From assembly GCF_026571515.1 (NCBI RefSeq), contig NW_026852659.1:1-64000 (forward strand): a stretch of DNA of 64,000 nucleotides, given 5' to 3'. The translations under genes were made by a program, and so were the position numbers. Source of the stretch: Ruditapes philippinarum. Taxonomy: Eukaryota. Numbering within the stretch: the stretch's first letter is position 1; each line of letters opens with the position of its first letter. Below the pieces are notes generated by a model, which saw only the letters and a list, made by a program, of their open reading frames with translations, did not search any database and was not told the DNA's origin. Below are positions 11,097-22,000 of this stretch, in pieces.

Positions 11097-11286
11097 GACT
11101 CACGCGATGACGCATTCTTTTAATGACCCCTCATTAGTGAGTAACAGTTGACTCACGCGATGACTCATTCTTTTAATGACCCCTCATTAGTAACTCACGC
11201 AATGACGTCATTGTAATAGGGCCTGGGGGCAGCTCCAGTGGCTCCATCTCCAGTGGCTCCAGTGGCTCCAGCTCCAGTGGATCCAG
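11097..11286. promoter_or_regulatory. Subterminal repeats with AP-1/CRE motifs followed by (GCTCCAGTG)n
   Basis: Two 41-bp units (11097, 11150) plus a partial third. TGACTCA at 11149 and 11161, TGACGTCA at 11203. GCTCCA(GTG) repeats at 11232-11286. Confidence 0.65.
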
Positions 11287-12462
11287 GCATTCTGCCCAAG
11301 TCCGCATCATATACTACTAGCATGTAGTCAACAACTTAACAATGTTCTCGAATTTTCTATGTCGTAAAAGAAATTTGCACCCACCTATTCGTCGATTTCA
11401 GAGTCCACATCATGAATGAAAATGTTAAATCTCTACCAAGTATTTATAATCCTGACACATATATCTCTTGTTTACTACAGTATCACCATTGTTCATTAAA
11501 ATGTTTGCAGAAATTTTATCAATACTGGTATAAACTAAGAAGAAATTTTAACACAAAAACAATAATCTGTCTCAGAATATATATAATTCATTTATGTTAC
11601 TGGTCATCTACCAAGGTAAATAATGCAATACAAGTTTAACAAGTTTATTTATCTTTTCCCAGAAGGTCATAGACCCATGTGGTACAATATGCAAAATATA
11701 TAATATGACAAATGGCATCAATATTAAATTGACATGATCCCAAACATGCATTATAGTAGCACATCTTACATAGGAAATGGAAACATATAATCACCTATTA
11801 CATGATGTACATGCTTATACTTCTCATTTTCGTCGAATGTGTCAATAGTATATAATTATGCAACATAAAATCTAAGGAAAAATTAAACGTGATAAAAATC
11901 CAATTGTAATAACTTGACATATTACACCAGATCTATTACTGGTGAAGTAGATACTTTAACAGATTAAAAATCTTTCTGAATTGAATTTAAATCATGTTGA
12001 TAACGAAAGTGTGAATTTTACATACATTTTTACATATTACATGCATCATCTTTGACATTAGTAATATTTAAAGCATTTATTTAACAAATTTGATTGTGCA
12101 CGGGAGATAATTGCTAAGGTCGCTCGACCTGTATATCGAGTTATGTAACATCCGCCGCACTATAGCTTTAACAATATATTGACATACAATATAGTTTCTT
12201 AACATAATTAACTGCAGTTATCTAATAAAATGGAACAAATTTGTAAATAAATATGTATTATGTAATACATGTTTTCAGAGAAAGAGGCAAATCCTTCAAG
12301 GAACAATAGTCCTAAACAGGTCTTCAGCTAATGTTCAATTTACAGTGTTATAATTTGATATTTTAGGACCTGAATATGCAATGTTTATAAAATGAAAATA
12401 AAAAAATTCAAAATTTATAAATTTTTCTCAAAATGAAATAGTTTGCTTTCTTTTATTAACAG

Positions 12463-13178
12463 GCTTTTCGCAAACAAGCCAAAAATCAAGGAAGCGTTTA
12501 CCAATTGTGATATAAAATTGCAGTCCGGTTTGTTTGGTAAAATGGTTCAGTCATGGATGGAGAACCTCGATAATGCCGGAACGTTGGATCAAAAAGTCAG
12601 CGGAATGTGTGACAGTCATAAGAAAAGAGGTACCACAGACATGGGACTTTTTAAGGTACTGAGTATTACTCTGAGATGGGATTAGTGGTTGTTATATATT
12701 TTTTCAGAACTGAAATGCATTGCATTTTTTCAAAAACAGAAGTCACTACAAGTAGATCTAAACAGTTAGATCATTTGCCTGCAAGCATTCGACAGTATAT
12801 TTTGCTTTAAGAGTTGATTGCGGATTTTTTTAAGATAATAAAATAAATGTGAACAGTTGTGCATCTAATATATTGTTGATCGCTGGTCCAACACTTACAA
12901 ATTAGTATCTTTCCTGTAGATATCGTAACATATCAAAATTTAACATTGCAATCGCGGAAATCAGACAGTCAAGCGCAAAAAAGAAAATATATCAAAATAC
13001 TTAAATACCTTTTCGTTAGATTTATTTTGTATTTTCGCTCAAAGACAACTTTTTTCAGGATGCACTGACTGAACTTGCAGGTTTCGTTAGCGACACTGTA
13101 GAAATGAATGGTGACCAGCAAACATCATGGCAGAAAATTAACGAGTCGATCTTGGATGTTATGAAAACCAAATTTTAA
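12463..13178 (+). CDS. Globin (bivalve hemoglobin/myoglobin-like), exons 2 (12463-12655) and 3 (13059-13178); exon 1 not found in window
   Basis: LFANKPKIKEAF...LQSGLFGKMV...NLDN...SHKKRG...LFK | DALTELAGFV...SWQKINESILDVMKTKF*. Canonical globin intron positions (phase 2 at B12, phase 0 at G7), CD1 Phe, F8 His. Confidence 0.9.
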
Positions 13179-15248
13179 ATCTTTTAGACATTTCCTACTC
13201 TTTTGCTTAATTGATTGTTTGAATTATTCATGACACTGACGCTATCAGCTAAACGAACTTAGACACATTTGGCGGTTGTATTCACATCGGTCTTGCAGTG
13301 GTTCAACGAGATCACCATTGTCATTTCAAAACAATCGTAAAGCCAGCAATATACTCGTATGTGTACAAAGAAACGATGAATTATAATAGGGCATTCATGG
13401 ACGATAAGCATTTCACGTAACTCTTCTAAATCTATCATATTTTGGCAATACAATTTGTATATTTTGGAACTTAAAAGCGATTCTTCATATTTCGACACAT
13501 TCCAATATAAATAAAATGTTTATGCATTTAAAATTGGTATGTTACATTATTTTAGTATTCAATATACATCTAAGTTTTTTTTTATTTATACTATAATCTT
13601 TCTGGTACACGTACTAAATAAATAAATCAAGAACCTATCCATTCACATACTAATGTACATTTTGCAGATGAATCTCGAGAGGGCATTTCCTTAGTACAAT
13701 AGCAAATTTTATTTAAATTTGTAAGGTTGGCGAATCACTCCTTATTCTTAAATACAACAAAATGAATACATCATTGACGCATGCGAAGAACTTTTTGAAT
13801 TTGCATTTTTTTCTAAGAATTTGACATAGGAAATACAACAGTTGTTTTTATAAACAATATATTGTTACTTTAAATGATATGACGAAAGATTGCGTCAATT
13901 ACAAAATGCTGTATTATCTAGCCTTAAAATATATTCTTTTGTTATTTCTAATTACGTTGTTATTTGTTTTCCCTTTATTCATTTCTAATCCAATTCTCAA
14001 GGACTGTTTGATAATGTTTGTAGAATATGAGTTTGTATGCGTTTCAATGCTTAGATCTTTGTTAAGTCTGTCAACGTAGATACCTTACAGTTTTTCCTTT
14101 ATTCATACTCTGACATTTTATGGTCCTATCCGGGAATTTTCATTTTCCATCTTTTTGTGCATGTTTCCTTTCATACACGTGTACAGTTGTATACAACTAA
14201 ATTATTTTTGTGATCTAAGACACGTACGAATATATGATTACATACAAGGTTAGTGTCAGCAAGGTGTTCCAAACGGACCTATCGGCCGAATAAGGCTCAT
14301 TTGCTTTTAACAAGCATCATAGTATACCAGTTTTTCAAAAGGGTTTCGTGAAAGTGAGTTGTGGTGATAATATACCTTTTATTTTAAAAAGAGCTAAAAT
14401 ATACTATAAATTCCAGAAAAAAATAAGAACTTTTTACATTAAAAGACAAGATAGTTTCTTAACAGCAATGTTTGAAGAAAAAATCAATTATTTGGTTTTG
14501 CCAATACAATACCAAAACTTTATTTCGCTTAAAGGCATCCGGATTGTGCAAAAACATATATACAAAGAAACAATTTACACAAAATTATATATGATGATAC
14601 AAAGTATATGTTGTGCTTCTCAAAACTACGTATTGGTTATATTATTAGTCCCAATTGATTCGGAACATTTATGACTTTTCTGACAAAGCAAAGTAAATGT
14701 ACTTATGAAACTTCACCGGTTTATACTCGACCATGTGTATACCCTTAGGATTAAGTCTTTATCTCGCGAATATGTCAACAGAATAGATACGTGTAATGAT
14801 TAGCAAATTGCAAGGTTATTAATTTGGTCTTTCGATCTTCAATCATTTTTGCTCGGTCCATCCCTTTAACCTTTGCGAGCTTTGTTCTATCCTTTTTAAG
14901 TTCCCAATTTTTTGTAACAAATGAAGCTCTTAAATCTTTCAGAATAACACTTTGAAGAAAATGCTTTGCAAACCTGTGGAGTTAGATTATGTGTGATGTT
15001 ATTTTAGCATCATAATGAAGAAAGACATCAATAAATATGCGTTATTATTGTTGCCTTAAAAGGGTTTGTTAACCACTTTGTCATAGGAAGAAGTTTCTTT
15101 ATTTTTTATGTGAAAAGTGACAAACAACTCACTTCTTCATAAGGTAAAATGTTTTCAGTGGCACATTTCCTCAAGAGGCATTTCTGTCAGATAATATTGA
15201 AGAAAACACTTATGCTTTCATGTCTGTCATAAATACTTTTAAGAAACG

Positions 15249-17824
15249 TCAATGGCTTTTTTTTAAGGTAAAGACATTAAGTATGTCACTTTCTCTACAG
15301 GAGACAAAGGCCCTTGATTTTTGTTTCGGAAAAAAAAAACCCCAAAACGGGTTTTTTGAAAAACCATTCTGCCTGTAATAGTTTAAACCTTATCCCCCGT
15401 CATTTTTTGACATTAAAGAAATTGTTTGATTATACAAACCCAAACATAAACTGACTTTTTTTTTTCCCCAAAAACACAACAATCTGAAAAAAGTTGCTTA
15501 TCTACAGTAATGTGTTTAATACTTTGGTTTTTATCAACGAGAAAGATACCTTCATATACGTCAGACACAAATATTTCCATTTTGAGGCTTGAGATTATAA
15601 CACGTGAAGGACATTGAATGTCACCAAAGTACGATGCTAACAATTGTCCAGAAAGAGAATATACCGCTAAATGGCCGACGTCTTCCTCTTCTCGTTTCTT
15701 TGATCCACCACAGCAAACATAAATCATCCCGTCATTGTATGCAATACCTCGACATCTATCGCCGACTTTAAAGGAATGTTGTAACTTCATTGGCTCTGTC
15801 TGAGAGATAAACTGAACTGTCTTATCATTAATCAGAGTAACGGCCAGCAGTGTCGAGTCTATCTGACAAATACCAAAAGGATTGTCATTGACATTCAGCG
15901 ACGATATGATCTGGAAGGAATCATTCATTTTCTTAATACATTTATTATGATAATCTGTCATAACAATACACCCATCTTCACACATGCACATGTCAAATAT
16001 TGTGCACGAATGCTTATCATTCTTTGTTCTCAAATTAATAACATGACATTTTTCTGCTTCAATTACTGGAAGATGAAGAACATTTCCAATAAAGTTACAT
16101 TTCGAATCAGTCACATGTCCGTCCGGTTCAAACCGTAATCTGCCTGTTTTTCCCGACCCTCCTAAGTTTTCTAAACAATCGCCTGCATCTTTTCTTCTCT
16201 CGTTAACAAGTTTTATCTGCACATATTTCTCGGATACGTTTTCATGTTTAGCAACACTGATCTTTTGCATATTTTCTTGAAGTGAAACGATCTTTGCATC
16301 AACTTCTTTCATGCATGACTCTATATGTTGCAGTTTTATCTGAAAGGTGGCATCCACTTCTTGAAGAAGTTGCATTTCCATTTTGTCCAAATGGTCGTTG
16401 ATTTTCTTCCTTTCTGATTTTATTTCTTTAATCAATTGGCTTTTTTCTTTGTTCGCATTTTCTACTTCTTCCTGCTTGATTTGTTTTAAGGCGTGGAAAC
16501 GAGACTGTAGTGTGTTTAGGTCAGCTTCCAGCAGGTTTAGTTTTTCGGAGGTTTTAGCTTTACAAGCTATGTCTGGTATGTAGCTTATACCTTTGCAGCC
16601 ACTGCAATGAAATAGCCAAGACAAGGTGTTATCAATATGAAATGTCAAAATACAATATAAATGCTAAAAATTACCTGGTAAAAAATTGTCATTCTGTCAT
16701 TATGATTTTATTACTTCTTTTTCAAAATATGACATTAATATAATAATAAATTAATGTCACACGACAGTTAATTAATAAATTTGTTTTGTTAATAATAAAA
16801 AAGTTTTCAAACAATAGCGTTATTATATGTGGCATAAAACTAGAATCTTCTGTTTTGTTTGAATTGTATATTCATAATATTCATATTTCAGTGAAATACT
16901 AAAATTGCTATACTAGAATCAATTAACAGGATGTCTTAAATAATAATTGTGAACAAGAAACATTGAGGGGGTGTTATATCCCGAGAACTCAAAATGAGAT
17001 ACAGATGATTTTAAGTGGTATTCAACTTTAATTCATTCTATAACTTATCTAAACAACAAAAGACATGACGAATGGCGATTTCTGCCAGCTTCCACATATT
17101 TAAAATGGCCGATTTACCCAGAATTAAAACGTACAAGCTGATAGACTCCGAAGAAAATATTGTAATGAACTTTATTGCTATCTCTGGAACAATGATACAA
17201 TATACTAAAAATCATTTTGACGACAAAAAGAGGCAGTTATTTTATTCTTTATATTATTTATTTTTTGGTTGGGCTTTTCGCCTTGTCAATGCATCGAAAA
17301 CGAAAGTAGAATTTTTCAAACATATGTTCAATGGATATATAGGTTGAACAGCCAAGATATCAGACTACAAAAAGGGCTAGCTATTAATATACTAGTATTA
17401 AATATTTGTTTTTCCTTGCTGGGTCTTACATCAAAATAATTCCCTTGTCAATGCACCGAAACCGAAAGTAGAATTGTTCAAACCTGTGTTCAATAGTCAT
17501 ACACGTTGCGCAGCCAACTTTATCATGACCAGGACAGTAGACATCAATCAATTTTCCTCCGTGTCTCTCACATCTCTGACTTGGTAATTCCTGCTTTATC
17601 CCGCTCGGTTGTTTTACCGTGTCTAGTAACTGATGTCCTCTCATTGACGAAAACTTATTATGATCACCTAAACATTTTTGACACAGATTTTCATCACATT
17701 CCACGCAATGTTTAATAGCAGCCACATTCTTCCCTTCTTTAAAACAAGGAGAACACGGAAAATCATGTTCTATGTCCGATCCTTTGTAAAAAGATGGGTT
17801 TAATTTACGGCCACTAACGGCCAT
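15249..17824 (-). CDS. B-box/coiled-coil/NHL-like beta-propeller TRIM-like protein (2 coding exons: 17824-17484, 16601-~15249)
   Basis: MAVSGRK start, B-box CSPC...CVECDENLC..C...H and CERH...C..H...C..C...H, phase-2 GT-AG intron, coiled coil, NHL-like repeats. The last ~230 bp are frameshifted in homopolymer-noisy sequence, but the frame VSCRESDILNVFTLKKSH* is recoverable. Confidence 0.88.
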
Positions 17825-19036
17825 ATTTTCTGCTTAAGTTTACCTTCCTTCTACGGTTGTCATAGGCGTAACATGATTTACCATACTATCAAGTTTAAAC
17901 TAATATTACGAAGGTAGTATGGTATAGCCTTTTTCCGTTTATTCGTTCATCTTAAATGTTCGTACATTTCTAAAAAGTAAAATACATTGATTCGGTTTAA
18001 TATGTATTAAAACACCAATAGATAACGTTATTAAGAAATCAGTTATTAAAAACATATCTGTTATATTTTCATCTACCGTTAGTGGACTAATATTAGAATC
18101 ACATAGTCACATTTTTATAAAACATTTATAAACATTGAGATGTAAATAGATAAAGTCTGACGAAGATAAAGCAAGCATTAATGAATTGAGAAATGATTGA
18201 CTTCTATGTAAGAGTGACATTGTTGAACTTGACATGGTTAATTGTTTTTATTTGGTACTATTTTTTCGTGTAGAAGAGCTATTTGGGTTTATTGAGGTAA
18301 AAACAATAGAGGTTTCATGCTTAATGAACACATTGAAAATGATTTGAAAATAACGTTTCATGATCTTAAATAAACTCTGTCAAACAATTAATTCGAGGAC
18401 TTTTTATTTTTATTTTGTGAAAAAATAACTTTATAAAATATAAAAAGCTTATATAAATGTAAAATAAAGGGTCTTAAAGTGTTATTAAAAGGTTATTCAT
18501 TTTAAAACGTGATTTAGATTTACCATTTTATTATGTACACTGAAAAGGAAAACTGTATCAAAGTCTTATAATGTTGCCATGGTGTTTGTTTAGACAACTG
18601 TTTTGCGTCAATAGTTTATAATTAACATTCAAGAGACATAAGTTATTTTACTTGAACAACAAACGACAACTTTACTGAAATCTATCTTGGAGATAATGCC
18701 ACATTTTGTTTATATCTTATTTATTGAAGAAGAAATGAATTGGAGAATTTTGAGATAAGGTGAGTGATAAACGTTTTGATATCTCTAGCTGATTCTTACA
18801 TCAAATACTATTTGTTTGATCAGTCACGATTGTAATACTACGTGTTGTAATCTCACGTCTTCGAAATGTTATATTGACCGCTATGTACTTCTTTATTTTA
18901 CACAGGCTTAACATAAAAATGACCTTCATATAATTATTTAAAAGGGTGTAAAGGACGCCTTTTCACATGATTTCAATAGCAACAAGACTTATTAAGCTGA
19001 TTAGAAACACATTTTAGATATTTTCAACAGAAGACA

Positions 19037-22000
19037 ATGGGTGGTTGCTATAGTTCGGATCTGAACAAACCGCCAGATGTCGGTGAACCTGCCAAGCGAG
19101 CTAAACAATCGAATATAGTTGTTCTTACTGAGCTGTCTGATTTAGAAGATGACGATGCCGTACTTAAAGAGCCCACCAAATTTACTTACAGAGGTCGGGG
19201 TTCCAACAGCGTGGGGATCATGCAGGTACTTTCTATTTTAATTTAATGAATATAAACAATATATATCTGTGGTTTTTGACAAACTAAATAAAAAGCAATG
19301 ATAACATGACCTTACAACGCAATAAACGCCTTTACATGGTGACGTCTCTGAGATATAAATACATTATTGCAACAAGCTCTGTTTTTGAAGCAGTGTCTCG
19401 ATCGTTGTTTCTGCACTTAACTGTCTAAGACAGTTCGGTTTTAAAGCGTCGCCACCAATTTCCTCATCGGTAAATGACTGGATGTGATACTGTAAACCTT
19501 TAATCTCTAGATTCTTTTGAAACGACTCTTACCTACCATTTAGGGTGTGCCTTCTGACAAAGATTGATAAATAGTGTTGCGATGTCTTAGAAAACTGTAC
19601 TTATAAAATGACATGTAATTTTAAAATGTATTCTAATTATTTATCACATACAAAAATATATCTATGGAAATAAACTATCTAGTATGAGGTTTAACTTATT
19701 TACTTATGCCAAAATTCAATTCAATATTTTACAAGTCCATGTAAATTGTTGAATTCTGCTTAAGCCGATGCTAGGGGGAATGGACGATAGCTAGCAATTA
19801 CCACTACCGTCCATGAACAGACTAAATCAAACCAGGGCTGCAACATGTTTGATTTTGCCATCGTGGGCATTCTTAAGAGATAATGTTTTTTCTGTATTTT
19901 AAGTAATTAAAACATCATTGTACTATCGCATAAATTTACATTTGTTTTCATTGTATCAATATTTTTGTCCACTGTATATATTTTTTGATAACATAAATTG
20001 AATTTTACGGCCGTTTTCTTTGTTATTTTTGTAAGATACAAATATTGTCATATCTCGTTATCATTTTTAGCCTTTGCAAAAGGAACGTGTGGAAAAAGAG
20101 CTTAAAGAGATACAAAAAGAATCAAACAAAGAAGTACGAAGGAAACAGGAGCTACAACTTCAAGTTAGTAAGTTATTATCAACTCGAAATTAATAATGTT
20201 GGACACTCAATGAAATGAATAATATGAATTATATATTTAAAAACATGTTTTGTTGAAAAATCTAAAAGAGAAACAACTGAACAATGTAAAACATGCAATA
20301 CGTGTATTTTACCTACTTCCTGTCTATCTGTATCTCTCTTACACAAATTCCTCAATCCTCATACAAATAACTTGTACGGTATGTCTATAATTTTTCACAA
20401 CCAGGGCACTTTTTTTAAATTTTATTTCTGAAAATAAATGTTCCGCTTCATTTCGTTAAATTTACTTCCTGAGATAAAAACTTGTCTCTATGTACCATTT
20501 CCCTCTTTATTTGCAAGATAACTTACTTGTAGATCTACGTGCATACTCAAAAGTTGTTGCAACTAGCTAGCATTCTGTATATTTCCTGAGTGTCTAAAGT
20601 TGAATGTATGAGATATCACAAGATTGTAAAAGGACATACATTTGTTTTTCGGTTTATGACAATCCTGATAATAACAATGTTCAATTTAGTATAAAAAGGT
20701 TTTTTTCCTTTTTAGGAAAAATTTTCCCCACAAAACATAATTTAAAATTTTCGAAAAAAAAATTAAAGTTCAGGGAAGAAATGAAAGTTTTTGACTGAAA
20801 CGGAACAAAAAAGTCAAGAAGTATTACAAAAAGAAAAGGAGAGACGGCGAGAGATTTTCAAAGTAGATGACAACATCAAAGGTTTGGCAACGGTTGATGA
20901 GGCAGAAGAAGTATGGACAAATCCAAATAAAATTATAGAGAGTAGGGTGTACAGACCTCAGGTTGGTTGATGATGTAATGATTAATAATTATAATTAATT
21001 TTCTGATATCGTTTTATTGATATTCTTATTTATTCCATTGCAATACAAATATGGCTACATTAAGGTCTCAATTGTGATGCCGAAATGAATTAGTATGAAA
21101 TTGACTTCATTCTTTACAGCTTACAAACACAATCAATCGGTCGGTCAATTGATAAATCGATCGATCAATCAATCAATTAATCGAAATAAAATAAGTTACT
21201 TTGATACATTGCAACACTGCAAATTACCCATCCATTTCAAAAATTTTATTGGACGAAAGAAGGAAAATTAGCAATTTGAAAAAAATATAACCACATCAAA
21301 TTGTTTTGGGTCAATAACACACTTCTTGCAAACCTATTTGGTAATTAAGAATCATGCTTTAACATGCAGGACAAAACTAATTGTCTATAGAGTCTTGACT
21401 TAAATACTTGCATGTGTAAGTTGTTACGTTTATAATTTTGATATTATTTTTCTAGCAATTTAATCTAACGGGAATAACCAACTCTGGATGGGGATTGGAG
21501 GTGCAGGAATTGGGAGATGACCCGGAGCCGAAGCCACCTACATATAGAAAGAAAGACATTGTCCCGAATTTAAACGAATTTAACATGTTTGACAAACATG
21601 CTGTGAAGGTAATCATTGTCACAAAAGTGTTAAAGATATAATAATTATGCTCAATTTTGATATTGAAAAATATTGATAATTACTCTACATGTATGTTTCA
21701 ACAAGCATCTTTTGAGAACACAGAAGAAGATCTGTTACGTTTTAAACGCTACATATTACTCGTAAACCCATTATAGATACATAGTACATATCATTAAACA
21801 AAATTTAAAGTTTTTTAAATGACCAAATTAACTTGACCAGCATTAAGGACTTCAAGCTCCAAAATATAGTGTGTGCATTCTTTTATCAAAGTAGAAAATT
21901 CAGTTTGAATTCCATATATTTAAATGCATCTCTGCAATATAACTAGTTTAACTAAAAGATAAGCATAGTATTTGCTTATTTGCTATAGATAGACTATGCA

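Larger units (their letters stand above)
1..11318. mobile_element. Putative non-autonomous fold-back Maverick/Polinton-like element (left end outside window)
   Basis: Right terminus ...GCATCATATACTACT (11318) reads 5'-AGTAGTATATGATGC on the minus strand, matching the AG/AGT-repeat termini typical of Polintons. Repeat-rich subterminal kb, and compact TATA/CCAAT-driven small ORFs including BIR and RING. No pPolB, integrase, ATPase or capsid seen, so class assignment is inferred. Confidence 0.6.

Noticed and set aside
12269-12331. MFSEKEANP... as globin exon 1
   Set aside because: No A-helix Trp or B-helix pattern, and the available donor is phase 0 whereas exon 2 needs phase 2
13259-14674. Short ORFs 13259-13498, 13879-14079, 14348-14674 and similar 60-110-aa ORFs across the window
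   Set aside because: AT-rich, repeat-derived or antisense to real exons, with no domain or splice support
15413-15480. True premature stop of the TRIM gene at 15413
   Set aside because: The propeller frame resumes downstream to about 15249 and the break lies in homopolymer-noisy sequence
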